Assembly (NCBI RefSeq): GCF_028290435.1
Contig: NZ_JAQGJV010000020.1
Span: 848-64,847 of the forward strand
Direction of reading: 5' to 3'
DNA length: 64,000 nucleotides
Source of the DNA: Devosia sp.
GTDB lineage: Bacteria > Pseudomonadota > Alphaproteobacteria > Rhizobiales > Devosiaceae
Within the stretch, counting starts at the first letter, position 1. Every line of letters starts with the position of its first letter. The position numbers were made by a program, and so were the translations under genes. The notes below the pieces were generated by a model that saw only the letters and a list, made by a program, of their open reading frames with translations, was not told the DNA's origin and searched no databases. Positions 30,469-41,782 of the stretch are shown in pieces.

Positions 30469-31809
30469 ATGGCACTTTTGACTCGGCGCAGGCTGCTCCA
30501 GACCGGCATGGCCGGCATTATCGGCACGGGCATCGCGCCCATGATGTTCACCAAGGGCGCCTGGGCCCAGGAATTCTGCAACAATCCCACCGGCGACACC
30601 GTCACCTTCGGCTTCAACATGCCCCTGACCGGCGCTTACGCCGATGAAGGCGCCGACCAACAGCGCGCCTTGACCCTCGCCGTCGAGCATCTCAATGGCG
30701 AAGGCGATGGCGGATTGCTGCCGACATTCTCGTCTAAGTCTTTGACCGGCAAGGGTGTTCTGGGCAAGAAAGTCGCCTATGTCACCGGCGACGACCAGAC
30801 CAAGGCCGATGCCGGCCGCGACTCGGCCCGCCGCATGATCGAGCGCGATGGCGCCATCATGATCTGCGGTGCTTCGTCTTCCGCCGTCGCTATCGCCGAA
30901 CAGGCGCTCTGCCAGGAAATGGGCGTCATCTACATGGCGGGCCTCACCCACTCCAATGACACCACCGGCAAGGACAAGAAAAAGTACGGCTTCCGCCACT
31001 TCTTCAACGCCTACCAGTCCGGCATTGCGCTCGGCCCGGTGCTGGGCGAAGCCTATGGCAAGGACCGCGTCGCCTACCACCTGACCTCCGACTACACATG
31101 GGGCTGGACCCAGGAAGAGTCGATGAAAAACGCCACCGAGGCGCTCGGCTGGAAGACCATCACCCCTGTCCGCACGCCAGTGGGTGCCGGCGATTTCAGC
31201 CAGTATCTGACCCCGGTTCTTAACTCCGGCGCCGACGTGCTGATCCTCAACCATTACGGCTTTGATGGCGTCAATTCGCTGACCCAGGCCGTGCAGTTCG
31301 GCATGAAGGACAAGACCGTCAACGGCAAGAAGTTCGAGATCGTCTTGCCGCTGGTCTCGGACCTGATGGCCAAGGGCGCAGGGGAAGCCATGAAGGGCGT
31401 CTATGGCACCTCGAACTGGGACTGGCAGCTCAAGGACGCGGCCAGCGCGGCGTTCACCAAGTCATTCGGCGCCAAATATGGCCAACCGCCGAGCCAGATC
31501 GCCCATACTTCCTACGTCCAGGCGCTGCTCTATGCCGATGCCTGCGAGCGCGCCGGCACCTTCTATCCGCCCGAGGTCATCAAGGCCTTGGAAGGGTTCG
31601 AGTTCGACGGCATGGGCAATGGCCCCACGCTGTACCGCGATACCGATCACCAGTGCTTCAAGGATGTACTGGTGGTGCAGGGCAAGCGGGCCCCAACCAA
31701 CCAGTATGACCTGCTCGACGTGGTCGCCACGGCCTCCAAGGAAAGCGTCACCTACGATCCGGCGATCTTCGGCGGCGAACTGGGTCCCGATACCGCGGCT
31801 ATGTGCTGA
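30469..31809 (+). CDS. LIV-type ABC substrate-binding protein, Tat signal
   Basis: TRRRLL twin-arginine leader; Peripla_BP_6-like; RBS AGGAGG. Confidence 0.85.
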   Translation: MALLTRRRLLQTGMAGIIGTGIAPMMFTKGAWAQEFCNNPTGDTVTFGFNMPLTGAYADEGADQQRALTLAVEHLNGEGDGGLLPTFSSKSLTGKGVLGKKVAYVTGDDQTKADAGRDSARRMIERDGAIMICGASSSAVAIAEQALCQEMGVIYMAGLTHSNDTTGKDKKKYGFRHFFNAYQSGIALGPVLGEAYGKDRVAYHLTSDYTWGWTQEESMKNATEALGWKTITPVRTPVGAGDFSQYLTPVLNSGADVLILNHYGFDGVNSLTQAVQFGMKDKTVNGKKFEIVLPLVSDLMAKGAGEAMKGVYGTSNWDWQLKDAASAAFTKSFGAKYGQPPSQIAHTSYVQALLYADACERAGTFYPPEVIKALEGFEFDGMGNGPTLYRDTDHQCFKDVLVVQGKRAPTNQYDLLDVVATASKESVTYDPAIFGGELGPDTAAMC

Positions 31810-31871
31810 TCTAACGGGGTCCGGCCACGTGCCGGGCCCTGCCCTTCTCCCGCGCGAACACCGGTAGGTTC

Positions 31872-32900
31872 ATGGACGCGATCCTCGCACAGCTTCTCAA
31901 CGGCCTCGACAAGGGCGGGGCCTATGCCCTGATCGCCCTCGGCCTGACCCTGGTGTTCGGCACGCTGGGCGTCGTCAACTTCGCCCATGGCGCGCTGTTC
32001 ATGCTCGGCGCCTTCTGTGCGGTGGCCTTCCGCCAACTCATTACGATGGAGACGGTGACGATCGATCCCTCCCAGCTTTCGCCCTGGGGCGCGCCGCTGG
32101 AGATCAAGACGCCACTGGCGCAGACCTGGTTCGGTGAGTTCGGCGCCGTGATGATCGAGTACTCAGTGCCCTTGTCCATCGTTCTGGCCATTCCGGTCAT
32201 GCTGATCATCGGCATCGCCATGGAACGCGGCATCATCAAGCATTTCTACAAGCGTTCGCATGCCGAGCAGATCCTGGTTACGTTCGGGCTGGCCATCGTG
32301 GCGCAGGAGGTCATCAAGGCCATCTTCGGCCCAAACCCGATTTCCCAGCCGATGCCCACCTCGCTGCGCGGCGCCGCCGATGTCGGCCTGTGGCTGGGCA
32401 TGGGCCCCAATGTGCTCACCTATCCCTGGTGGCGGCTGCTCTACTTCGTGTTTTCCGCCGCCATCATCGCCGCCGTCTTCGCTTTCCTCCGCTTCACCAC
32501 ATTTGGTATGGTGGTGCGGGCCGGCATGGCCGACCGCGAAACTGTGGGCCTGCTCGGCATCAATATCGGCCGGCGATTCACCATCATGTTCGGCCTCGCC
32601 GCGGTGGTCGCAGGGCTGGCGGGCGTCATGTACACGCCACTGGTGCCGCCCAACTATCATCTGGGCATGGATTTCCTGGTGCTGAGCTTTGTCGTCGTCG
32701 TGGTCGGCGGCATGGGTTCGCTGCCGGGCGCCGTGGCCGCAGGATTCCTGCTCGGGATTCTCCAAAGCTTTGCCTCGATGGCGCAGGTCAAGGCCATGCT
32801 GCCGGGGATCGACCAGATCATCATTTACCTGACGGCAGTGATTATCCTGCTGGTGCGTCCGCGTGGCCTGATTGGCCGGCGCGGCATGATGGAGAGCTGA
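31872..32900 (+). CDS. LIV-type ABC permease (LivH-like)
   Basis: [21 protein letters not shown]. Confidence 0.88.
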   Translation: MDAILAQLLNGLDKGGAYALIALGLTLVFGTLGVVNFAHGALFMLGAFCAVAFRQLITMETVTIDPSQLSPWGAPLEIKTPLAQTWFGEFGAVMIEYSVPLSIVLAIPVMLIIGIAMERGIIKHFYKRSHAEQILVTFGLAIVAQEVIKAIFGPNPISQPMPTSLRGAADVGLWLGMGPNVLTYPWWRLLYFVFSAAIIAAVFAFLRFTTFGMVVRAGMADRETVGLLGINIGRRFTIMFGLAAVVAGLAGVMYTPLVPPNYHLGMDFLVLSFVVVVVGGMGSLPGAVAAGFLLGILQSFASMAQVKAMLPGIDQIIIYLTAVIILLVRPRGLIGRRGMMES

Positions 32901-32901
32901 G

Positions 32902-34050
32902 ATGAACGCCCTCCTGACCTCCCGCCGCGACGCCATCACGCTGGCGATCTTCGCCCTCGTCGTGCTCACCATGCCGGTCTGGCTGCAGCCGTTCGGCGCC
33001 GCCTATCCCGGCCTGATGCAGAAATTCGCGATCTACGCCATTTTCGCCATCGGCTTCAACATCCTGTTCGGCCTCACCGGCTATCTCAGCTTTGGCCACG
33101 CGGCGTTTCTCGGTGTCGGCTCCTACACCGCCGTCTGGTCGTTCAAATTGCTGACTATGGATGCCCTGCCCGCCATCGCCTTTGCCATCATCCTGTCGGG
33201 CCTACTGGCCGTAGTCATCGGCTATCTGAGCCTCCGACGTTCGGGCATCTACTTCTCCATCCTGACGCTCGCCTTCGCCCAGATGTGCTACAATCTGGCC
33301 TATTCGGTACTGACGCCGATCACCAATGGCGAGACCTCGCTGCAGCTCAACCTGCAAGACCCCCGCATCATCGACTCTGCGCTCGCGCCACGGCCCGCCG
33401 GCTTGCCCAGTGCCAGCCTGTTCGGCCACACCTTCAGCGGCTTGCAAGGCTTCTACTTTTGCGCCGTGATGCTGCTGATCGCCTTCTTCATCGCCCAGAA
33501 AATCTTCGCCTCGCCCTTCGGCATGATGCTGCGCGGTATCAAGTCCAACCAGACGCGGATGAACTACACCGGCTTCAACACCCGCCCCTATGCGCTGACG
33601 GCCTTCGTCATTTCGGGCATGTATGCGGGCCTCGCCGGCGCGCTGCTGGCCGTTACCGACCCGCTGGCCGGAGCCGAGCGCATGCAGTGGACCGCTTCGG
33701 GCGAGGTCGTGCTGATGACCATTCTGGGCGGTGTCGGAACACTGACCGGGCCGGTGCTGGGCGCCTGGATCATCAAATATTTCGAGAACATCTTCTCGGC
33801 TTTCAACGAGCAGATCGTCAGCCGGTTCTTCGATTTCCTGCCCGCCGGGATGCATGATGTGGTCGTGGCCGTCGCCAGCAAGTTCGTCGGCGAGGGCTGG
33901 AACCTAACGCTCGGCCTGGTCTTCGTATTGATCGTCGTGTTCTTGCCTGGAGGCATTATGGAGGGCGTCCGCCGGATCACTCATATGTTCGACAAGTCCC
34001 GCCGCGCGCCGCCGACACCGGCCAGGCTTTCCACCCAACCCGCCGAATAG
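32902..34050 (+). CDS. LIV-type ABC permease (LivM-like)
   Basis: [25 protein letters not shown]. Confidence 0.88.
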   Translation: MNALLTSRRDAITLAIFALVVLTMPVWLQPFGAAYPGLMQKFAIYAIFAIGFNILFGLTGYLSFGHAAFLGVGSYTAVWSFKLLTMDALPAIAFAIILSGLLAVVIGYLSLRRSGIYFSILTLAFAQMCYNLAYSVLTPITNGETSLQLNLQDPRIIDSALAPRPAGLPSASLFGHTFSGLQGFYFCAVMLLIAFFIAQKIFASPFGMMLRGIKSNQTRMNYTGFNTRPYALTAFVISGMYAGLAGALLAVTDPLAGAERMQWTASGEVVLMTILGGVGTLTGPVLGAWIIKYFENIFSAFNEQIVSRFFDFLPAGMHDVVVAVASKFVGEGWNLTLGLVFVLIVVFLPGGIMEGVRRITHMFDKSRRAPPTPARLSTQPAE

Positions 34051-34060
34051 GACGACAATC

Positions 34061-34828
34061 ATGGCTATTCCCAATGTCGTCCTGCATGTTGCCGATGTCC
34101 ACAAACGCTTCGGCGGACTGCACGCTCTCGCTGATATCGATCTGCAAATCGAAGAGGGTCAGACCCATGCCATTATCGGCCCCAATGGCGCGGGCAAATC
34201 GACGTTGCTGAATGTGTGCATCGGCAAACTGGCGCCGACCAGCGGCACGGTGGTGTTCGATGGTCAGGTGCTGACCGGCAAGAAGCCCTATGAAATCAAC
34301 CAGCTCGGCATTGCCCGGGTCTTCCAGACCCCGGAGATTTTCGCCGATCTTAGCGTGTTGCAGAATGTCATGATCCCCGCCTTGGCCAAGCGCGATGGCG
34401 CCTTCAAGCTCAACCTGCTGCGTTCGCTGGAGAGCCAACGCGACATTCGCACCGAGGCGGAGGAGATGCTGGAGGATGTGGGCATGCTCAATCGCCGCGA
34501 TATGCTCGCCGGCAGCCTCAGCCGCGGTGACAAGCGGCGGATGGAGCTGGCGATGTGCCTGATCCAGCGCCCGCGGCTGCTGTTGCTCGACGAGCCCACC
34601 GCCGGCATGAGCCGCCACGACACCAATACCACCATCGAACTGCTCAAGAAAATCAAGAGTCGCGGCATGACCAAGGTGATCATCGAACACGACATGCATG
34701 TTGTGTTCTCGCTGGCCGACAAGATTTCCGTGCTGGCGCAGGGCCGTATCATCGCCGATGGCACGCCCGACGAGGTGCGCGGTAATCCTAAGGTGCAGGA
34801 AGCCTATCTCGGAGGGCCGCAGCAGTGA
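34061..34828 (+). CDS. LIV-type ABC ATPase (LivG-like)
   Basis: GPNGAGKS, LLLDEP, IIEHDM. Confidence 0.9.
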   Translation: MAIPNVVLHVADVHKRFGGLHALADIDLQIEEGQTHAIIGPNGAGKSTLLNVCIGKLAPTSGTVVFDGQVLTGKKPYEINQLGIARVFQTPEIFADLSVLQNVMIPALAKRDGAFKLNLLRSLESQRDIRTEAEEMLEDVGMLNRRDMLAGSLSRGDKRRMELAMCLIQRPRLLLLDEPTAGMSRHDTNTTIELLKKIKSRGMTKVIIEHDMHVVFSLADKISVLAQGRIIADGTPDEVRGNPKVQEAYLGGPQQ

Positions 34829-35595
34829 GCGCGATCGCCATGGAAACGCAAATCCTCGGAAACAGCCAAGCCGCCAGCGTCGAGACCATCCGCCCGTTCT
34901 TCTCGGTGCGCGATGTGCATGCCTATTATGGCGAAAGCTACATCGTGCAAGGCGTCTCGCTGGATATCCGCCAGGGCGAAATCCTGGCTCTGCTCGGCCG
35001 CAACGGCGCGGGCAAAACCTCGACCCTGCGCGCCATCGCCCGCACCGATGATCCGCAATTGCGCCAGGGCGAAATCTGGCTCGATGGCGTGCCCATCCAC
35101 CAGATGAAGTCGTTCCAGGCCGCCCGCGCCGGTATCCAGCTAGTGCCCGAAGACCGCCGCATCATTGCCGGGCTGACTGTCGAGGAAAACCTGGCCTTAG
35201 CCCGCGTCGCGCCCGGCCACGGCTGGGAGCTGGAGCAGATTTACCAGAGCTTTCCGCGCCTTGCGGAGCGCCGCAAGCAGGAAGGCGTGACCCTCTCCGG
35301 CGGCGAACAACAGATGCTGGCCATCGCCCGTGCCCTCGCCCGCGACCTCAAGCTACTGCTGCTCGATGAACCGTATGAGGGGCTCGCCCCGGTCATCGTG
35401 CAGGAGATCGAGCGCATCCTGCATTCGATCAAGGCGCTGGGCATTACCACCATCATCGTCGAGCAAAACGCCATCGCGGCGCTCAAGCTGGCCGACCGCG
35501 CCGTGATCCTCGATACGGGCGAAGTCGCTTTCGCGGGCACCGCCAAAGAGGTGCTCGACAACACCGAACTGCGCCACGAATACCTGGCGATCTGA
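34825..35595 (+). CDS. LIV-type ABC ATPase (LivF-like)
   Basis: GRNGAGKT, LSGGEQQM, VEQN. Confidence 0.9.
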   Translation: MSAIAMETQILGNSQAASVETIRPFFSVRDVHAYYGESYIVQGVSLDIRQGEILALLGRNGAGKTSTLRAIARTDDPQLRQGEIWLDGVPIHQMKSFQAARAGIQLVPEDRRIIAGLTVEENLALARVAPGHGWELEQIYQSFPRLAERRKQEGVTLSGGEQQMLAIARALARDLKLLLLDEPYEGLAPVIVQEIERILHSIKALGITTIIVEQNAIAALKLADRAVILDTGEVAFAGTAKEVLDNTELRHEYLAI

Positions 35596-35679
35596 AATCC
35601 AACCCTGGGGCTTCCGCCCCAAGGCAATTGTGCCGTCTCTCTCCCCAGGACGCCCCAGGGTCGGATATTTTCTCAGGCG

Positions 35680-37596
35680 CTAGCTCGTCGCCCGCAGCCA
35701 GACCAGCATTTCGCCCGGCTCACGGTTGTCCCACAGGTGATAGGGCACCATGCGCGCAGTATCGGGCTTGGCGACCGGCTCCATATCGCCGTAAAGCGCA
35801 TCGCCCCAGCCCTCGGCCACTTCGCGCAGCACCGGCAGATCGATGGCGATGGCGCCGTTGAAGTTGGGAATGGTCGCGGTCTGCGACTGGCCCAAGCCAT
35901 CGCCGAGCAGGATCGAATTCAGGCCAACCGGATTGTCGGTGCCTTCGAGGCAATAGACGAGCGGCCCGCGCATCACCGCGACCCGGCCGGCATCTTGGCG
36001 CACTTTCGGATTGGCCCTCAAAGCGCGCGGCACCAGTGGCAGATCGAGCCGGACACTGTCCCCTGCCCGCCATTCACGGTCGATCCGAGCATAACCGTCC
36101 GCCGTAATGCCCTCGACATCCAACGCCTGCCCATTGACCGCGATAGTCGCGCCCTTGGCCCAGGCCGGAATGCGCAGCGACAGGGCAAACCGCGCCGGCT
36201 TGTCGACCGCGACCGACAGTCCAATGGCCCCGTCCCACGGATACTGCGTCTGCTGCGTCAGCGTCACCGAGCCAACCGCCAGATCGACCCGGGCCGTGCT
36301 CTCGCCATAGAGATGCACGGCGATTTCATCATCGGCGACGCCGTACATGTACGAGCCGATCGAGGCCACCAGCCGCGCGATGTTGGGCGGGCAGCATGGG
36401 CAACGGTGCCAGTTCCAGCGGTGATGCTTGCCGGCGCTTTCCAGCGGATTTTCGTAGAAGAAGGTCTTGCCGTCGCGTGACAGGCCCGCAATGGCGCCGT
36501 TGTAGAGCGCCTGTTCCATGGTGTCGGCATACAGCCGGTTCGGCCCGCGCCCCAGCATGCGATTGGCCCAGAACACCAGGCCGACCGAGGCGCAGGTTTC
36601 GGCATACGCGCTCTCATTGGGCAGGTCGTAATAGTCGGTGAAACCCTCGTTGGCGGCGGCTGGCCCGATGCCGCCGGTCAGGTACATCTGCTTTTGCGTC
36701 AGGTCGGCCCACAGCGCCTCCAGCGCATGCGTCAGGCTATCGTCGTGATACTCGGTGGCGATGTCCGCCATGCCCGAATAGATGTACATCGCCCGCACCG
36801 CGTGGCCGACCACCTTGGTCTGGTCGCGCAGCGGCATATGGGACTGGTTATATTCCAACGTATTGGCCTGCACGCCTTTGGGATCACGGCCATGGGCGAT
36901 GGCCTCCTCGATGAAGAAATTGGGCGCCTGGCCGCGCTCGTCGACGAAAAACTTGGCCAGCTCCATATAGCTGGCATTGCCGGTCTCGCGCGCCAGCCGC
37001 ACCAGCGCCAGTTCGACCTCCTCGTGTCCGCAATAACCGCGTACCTGGCCGGGTCCGCGCCCGAAGCGCTTGACCATGTAGTCGGCCATGCGGCTCATCA
37101 CATCGAGGAATTTGCGCTTGCCGGTGGCCTGGTGAAAGGCGACAGCCGCCTCGATCATATGGCCGGCGCAATAGAGCTCGTGGAAATCGCGCATATTGGT
37201 CCATTTCCACTCCGGCTTGATGCGCTGGAAGAAGGAATTGAGATAACCGTCGGGGTCCTGCAGCTTTTCATAGAGATCGATGATCGCGTCTGCCCGCGCT
37301 TCTAGTTCCGGATTGGCTTTGCGATAGAGCGAATAGGCGATGGTCTCGATGGATTTGGCCAGATCACTGTCCCAGAACATCTGCGTCGTGCCGAGCCAGC
37401 CCACGATGGGAATGACCAGGCCCGGATTGGGCGCGTCGACATCGACCTGTTCGAGCATGCGTGCCTCGATGCAGCGGTCGAGCAGGATGGCGGCAGTCTC
37501 GTCGCAGACGGCCTCCTGCCAATCGCCCCAGAAACCCGCGACATCGACGCTGGGTACGGGCAGAGGACGGAATTGACGCGTGGTGGGCTGATCCAT
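35680..37596 (-). CDS. GH127 glycoside hydrolase (beta-L-arabinofuranosidase family), cytoplasmic
   Basis: HELY, GHEE, GHAVR, ETCAS and CPCCPPN Zn/Cys motifs; no signal peptide. Confidence 0.9.
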   Translation of the reverse strand: MDQPTTRQFRPLPVPSVDVAGFWGDWQEAVCDETAAILLDRCIEARMLEQVDVDAPNPGLVIPIVGWLGTTQMFWDSDLAKSIETIAYSLYRKANPELEARADAIIDLYEKLQDPDGYLNSFFQRIKPEWKWTNMRDFHELYCAGHMIEAAVAFHQATGKRKFLDVMSRMADYMVKRFGRGPGQVRGYCGHEEVELALVRLARETGNASYMELAKFFVDERGQAPNFFIEEAIAHGRDPKGVQANTLEYNQSHMPLRDQTKVVGHAVRAMYIYSGMADIATEYHDDSLTHALEALWADLTQKQMYLTGGIGPAAANEGFTDYYDLPNESAYAETCASVGLVFWANRMLGRGPNRLYADTMEQALYNGAIAGLSRDGKTFFYENPLESAGKHHRWNWHRCPCCPPNIARLVASIGSYMYGVADDEIAVHLYGESTARVDLAVGSVTLTQQTQYPWDGAIGLSVAVDKPARFALSLRIPAWAKGATIAVNGQALDVEGITADGYARIDREWRAGDSVRLDLPLVPRALRANPKVRQDAGRVAVMRGPLVYCLEGTDNPVGLNSILLGDGLGQSQTATIPNFNGAIAIDLPVLREVAEGWGDALYGDMEPVAKPDTARMVPYHLWDNREPGEMLVWLRATS

Positions 37597-37618
37597 TTTG
37601 AGGTTCCGGTGGTTGGAA

Positions 37619-38482
37619 TTATTTGACCGCGCCGGCCATCAGGCCGCGCATGTAGTAGCGTTGCAGGATGAGGAATACGGCGAGGCACGGGATGGTCATC
37701 ACCATGACGCCAGCCTGCACCGCCCCCCAATTGATCGCCCCGAGCCGGCCGGCGCGCACGGCCGTCATCAGCACCGGCAGGGTATATTTCTCGTTGTCCG
37801 ACAGCAGGATCAGCGCCGCTAGGAACTCGTTCCACGAATTGAGGAAGGCGAAGATCGCCACGCTGGCGAGGCCAGGCGTGACCAGCGGGAGCAGCACGCG
37901 GACCAGCAGCGTGAGATCGCGGGCGCCATCGATGCGCGCGGCCTCCTCGATTTCGCGCGGCACCGCATCGAAGGCGTTGCGCATCATGAACACCGAGAAG
38001 GGCAGTTGCAGCGTCACATAGACCAGCACCAGCCCGACCAGCGAATTGTTGAGGCCCAGCTTGGCTAGGATGATGAAGAGCGGCGTCAGGATGGACTGGA
38101 ACGGGATCATCAAGGTGGCGATGATCAGCACGAAGAACACGTTCTTGAGCGGGAAGCGATATCGCGAAAAACCGTAGCCGGCGAGCAGGCTGACGATGAC
38201 GGTCAACACCACCGTTGCCAGCGCCACGACCATGGAATTGAACGTGTGCTGCCAGATGCCGGCGCCAAAGGTGTCGAGCACCGCATAGGTGTCGAAACTG
38301 ATGCCATGCGTCGGCCAAGGCGGTAGCGGCGGTGATTGCGCTTCGCTGCCGGTGCGCAGCGAGGCCAGCCCGGTCCAGGCGAATGGCGCGAAGAAGAACA
38401 GCGCCGCGCCGATACCGAAGGCGTGGTAGCCGAACCCGCCCCAGAATTTGCGCCGCTGACGCGCTTGCATGGTGGCGGTCAT
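37619..38482 (-). CDS. Carbohydrate ABC permease
   Basis: EEAARIDGA, WNEF. Confidence 0.88.
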   Translation of the reverse strand: MTATMQARQRRKFWGGFGYHAFGIGAALFFFAPFAWTGLASLRTGSEAQSPPLPPWPTHGISFDTYAVLDTFGAGIWQHTFNSMVVALATVVLTVIVSLLAGYGFSRYRFPLKNVFFVLIIATLMIPFQSILTPLFIILAKLGLNNSLVGLVLVYVTLQLPFSVFMMRNAFDAVPREIEEAARIDGARDLTLLVRVLLPLVTPGLASVAIFAFLNSWNEFLAALILLSDNEKYTLPVLMTAVRAGRLGAINWGAVQAGVMVMTIPCLAVFLILQRYYMRGLMAGAVK

Positions 38483-39402
38483 TTGTCGTCTCCCACGCGC
38501 AGCAGGCGAAGTTGCACGACGCTCAGCACGATCAATATGCCCAGCAGCGCGATGGACAGCGCCGAGCCATAGCCGAGGTGGAACGACACAAAGGACTGGT
38601 TGAAAATGTAATAGACCACCGAAATCATCCGGTTCTGCGGCCCGCCGCTGGTCATGATGTAGAACTGATCGAAGGCCAGCACCGAGCCGGTGACCGAAAG
38701 GATCAGCGCCAGCGCGATGGTGCGGCGCATTAGTGGTAGCGTCACATGGCGGAAGCGCTGCCAGCGCCCTGCCCCGTCGATCCGCGCCGCCTCGTTGAGT
38801 TCAACCGGGATCGACTGCAGCCCGGTGAGCAGGATGATCATGGTGAAGCCCGCGACCTTCCACACCACCATGACGATGATGGTCCAGAAGGCGCTATCGA
38901 AGGTGGCCAGCAGGTTCACCTTCTTGCCGGTGAAGCCCATCATGCGAATGGCCGGGCCGATCAGCCCGCTGTCGACATTGGCTAGCCACACCCACAGCAG
39001 CGAGGCCGTCGCCAAGCCCACCACGACCGGCATGAAGAATATTGTGCGGTAGAACCCCACCCCGCGGCGCTGCTTTTCGACGAACAGCGCCAGCGGAAAA
39101 GCGACGATGAAAATCGCGATCGTAGTGATGACGGTATAATAGGCGGTGAACCGCAGCGACGACAGAAACCGCGTGTCTTTGAGCATTTGCATATAGTTGC
39201 CCAGCCCGATCCATTCGGGCTGGCCCAGCAGCGGCCAGTCGTGAAAGCTCATCCAGAACGTGAACAGCACCGGGATGACGAAGAACACGATCACCAGCGC
39301 CATGGCCGGGGCGATATAAAGCAGCCCCTGCCACTGCCCCAGGCGGGCGCGGCGGCGGCGCGCGCGCGCCGGCACGGCCAAGGTGAGAGCGGGACTGGTC
39401 AT
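38479..39402 (-). CDS. Carbohydrate ABC permease
   Basis: EAARIDGA. Start re-called at MTSPALT. Confidence 0.88.
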   Translation of the reverse strand: MTSPALTLAVPARARRRRARLGQWQGLLYIAPAMALVIVFFVIPVLFTFWMSFHDWPLLGQPEWIGLGNYMQMLKDTRFLSSLRFTAYYTVITTIAIFIVAFPLALFVEKQRRGVGFYRTIFFMPVVVGLATASLLWVWLANVDSGLIGPAIRMMGFTGKKVNLLATFDSAFWTIIVMVVWKVAGFTMIILLTGLQSIPVELNEAARIDGAGRWQRFRHVTLPLMRRTIALALILSVTGSVLAFDQFYIMTSGGPQNRMISVVYYIFNQSFVSFHLGYGSALSIALLGILIVLSVVQLRLLRVGDDK

Positions 39403-39455
39403 CGTATGGCTCCGGAAGGGAAGTTGACCGGGAGCCGAAGCCCCCGGCCCGTGCC

Positions 39456-40694
39456 TTACTTGGCGTTGTCGATGATCGACTGCATTTCGGCCTGCGCATC
39501 GGCAAAGGCCGCATCGACGTCGTCGCCATAGATGGCGGCGTTGATGAAGGTCGCCCATGGGCCGTTGCTGGAGTTGATCAGGTCGTTGAACAGCACGGTG
39601 TAGGGCGTCTTTGCGGTCGCGATGGCGTCAACCGCCACCTGCAGGCGCGGATCGAGGCCCTTGAGCACGTCGGCGGCGATATCGCTGCGGGTCGGCAGGC
39701 TGCCGTTCTGAGCAAACACCTTCTGGGCTTCGGGCGAATACATGTATTCGATGAATTCCTTCACCGCGGCCATGTGGGGCGTGCCCTTGGTGACGACGAT
39801 ATTGTCACCGCCGGCGAAGGACGAGGTGCCGCTGGTAATGCCCGGGATCGGCGCGATGCCGAAGTGCAGGTCCGGATACTGGTTGATCATGGTGCCGATG
39901 GCGAAGGCGCCCAGGCTCTGCTGGCCGATCTTGCCATTGGTGAAGCTCAGGAAGTTGGTGCCGTTATCGGTCGCGGCGCTTTCCGGCACCAGGTCTTTGG
40001 CGACCATGGAGCGGTACTTGTCGATCGCCGCGCGCATTTCCGGCGTGTCGAGCGTTGCCGTCTGGGCGTCCTCAGAGAGGATATCCTTGCCTTCGGCCCA
40101 AACCAGCGGGGTGAAGGTGAAAATCATGCAGCCGCCGCAGCCGCCGCCGGAGAAGTAGAAGCCATAGGTATCATCGCCCAGGGCCCGGATCTTTTCGGCA
40201 TTGGCTTCGATTTCGTCCCAGCTCGTCGGCGCTTTGTCAGGATCGAGACCGGCGGCCTTGTAGAGGTCCTTGTTCCAGGCGAAAACCGAGGTTTCCACCG
40301 ACAGCGGCAGGCCGTAATTCTTGCCCTCATAGGTGCCCAGCTTGACATGCGATGGCGCCAGGGCATCGAAGTATGGCAGGCCATGGGCCCAATCGGTCAG
40401 GTCTTCGAGCTGGCCGGCGGCGGCGAAAGACGGCGTATAGATCAGGTCGAGCGACAGCGCATCCGGCGCCTGGCCGCCGGCGATGGCGGTGGCGTATTTC
40501 TGCACCAGCTCTGCAAACGGCACTTCGGTCAGCGCGACCTGGTTTTCGTGACTGTCATTGTAGGCCTTCACGACGCCAGTGAATGCAGCGCCAATGCCGG
40601 TGCGGACCCACATATTGATGGTGTCGGCCGCCGAAGCGTTCGATACTAGGCACAGCGTCGCAATGCTGGCCGTTGCTAAAAGACGTTTAAGCAT
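39456..40694 (-). CDS. Carbohydrate ABC substrate-binding protein
   Basis: Signal peptide MLKRLLATAS; SBP_bac_1-like. Confidence 0.88.
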   Translation of the reverse strand: MLKRLLATASIATLCLVSNASAADTINMWVRTGIGAAFTGVVKAYNDSHENQVALTEVPFAELVQKYATAIAGGQAPDALSLDLIYTPSFAAAGQLEDLTDWAHGLPYFDALAPSHVKLGTYEGKNYGLPLSVETSVFAWNKDLYKAAGLDPDKAPTSWDEIEANAEKIRALGDDTYGFYFSGGGCGGCMIFTFTPLVWAEGKDILSEDAQTATLDTPEMRAAIDKYRSMVAKDLVPESAATDNGTNFLSFTNGKIGQQSLGAFAIGTMINQYPDLHFGIAPIPGITSGTSSFAGGDNIVVTKGTPHMAAVKEFIEYMYSPEAQKVFAQNGSLPTRSDIAADVLKGLDPRLQVAVDAIATAKTPYTVLFNDLINSSNGPWATFINAAIYGDDVDAAFADAQAEMQSIIDNAK

Positions 40695-40744
40695 TTCATT
40701 CCTCCCTGTTGGGGCCCTCAAACACGCCGGCCCGTGGCGTAACT

Positions 40745-41764
40745 TCAGCCTGCTTCCGCTCCTCCGCAGGATTGGCGCACGACCAGTTGGCACGGCAGTT
40801 TCCGGATTCCCGGTTCTACTGTCTTGCCTTCCGCCATCGCCAGAACCGTCAGCCCGGCCTCCTTGCCGAGGGTCTTGAGGTTCATATCCACACTGGTCAG
40901 CGGCGGACGCGTTGCCGCCGCGACGATTTCCCAATTGTCGAACCCGACCACCGACACATCGCGCGGCACATCGACACCGCGCTCGCGCAGCGCATCGACC
41001 ACGCCACGCGCAATCTGGTCATTGCCGCAGAAAATGCCGTCTGGATGGGGGCCAGAGCCGGCCCACAATTGCGCGACCGCATCGTGTCCCCAGGCTTCCG
41101 ACCATTTGCCGTGCAGAATTTCAGCATCCGCCCCGACCACGCCGGCATAGGCATCGGCGCGCTCTTTCACCGAGGCAAAACTGGCCGGCCCGGTGACGTG
41201 AACAATGCGCTTTCGGCCTAGCCCCGCCATCCATTGCACTGCCTCGCGCGAGCCCTGCGCGTCGTCCGACACAAAGCGCACGCTATCGTCAGGACCATCG
41301 GTGAAGGCATAAACCACCGGCACCGGCAAATGGCTCAGGTCCACCGGCAGCCGGCGGTCGATGCGCTTGCCGGACGCGATGATGCCGTCGACCTGCTTGT
41401 CGAGCATGGCGTCCACATGAATTTTCGCCAGCACCGGATCGTCCTCGATGGTGCAGAGGAAAACCGACACGCCGTGATCGACCAGCGCTTCGGAAATTCC
41501 GGCCATCAGCGGAAGGGTGAAACGGCCGTAGGTATCGTTGGTCAACAGGCCGATGGTGAAGCTGCGTTTGCCCTGTAGGCCTCGCGCCATAGCATTGGGC
41601 CGGAAGCCCAGCTCCACCGCCGCACGCTTCACCCGCTCGCGCGTTTCGGCCGTCATCCGCCCGGTGTCGTTGAGCGCCTTGGACGCCGTCGCGACGCTGA
41701 CGCCGGCCGCCAGGGCGACGTCGTAGATGCGGATGCGCTCAACCTTTTTAGCCTGCTGTTCCAC
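40745..41764 (-). CDS. LacI family regulator
   Basis: IYDVALAAGVSVATASKALN HTH. Start uncertain; GTG at 41764 preferred. Confidence 0.88.
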   Translation of the reverse strand: MEQQAKKVERIRIYDVALAAGVSVATASKALNDTGRMTAETRERVKRAAVELGFRPNAMARGLQGKRSFTIGLLTNDTYGRFTLPLMAGISEALVDHGVSVFLCTIEDDPVLAKIHVDAMLDKQVDGIIASGKRIDRRLPVDLSHLPVPVVYAFTDGPDDSVRFVSDDAQGSREAVQWMAGLGRKRIVHVTGPASFASVKERADAYAGVVGADAEILHGKWSEAWGHDAVAQLWAGSGPHPDGIFCGNDQIARGVVDALRERGVDVPRDVSVVGFDNWEIVAAATRPPLTSVDMNLKTLGKEAGLTVLAMAEGKTVEPGIRKLPCQLVVRQSCGGAEAG

Positions 41765-41782
41765 CGGATTCCGCGAAAATGA

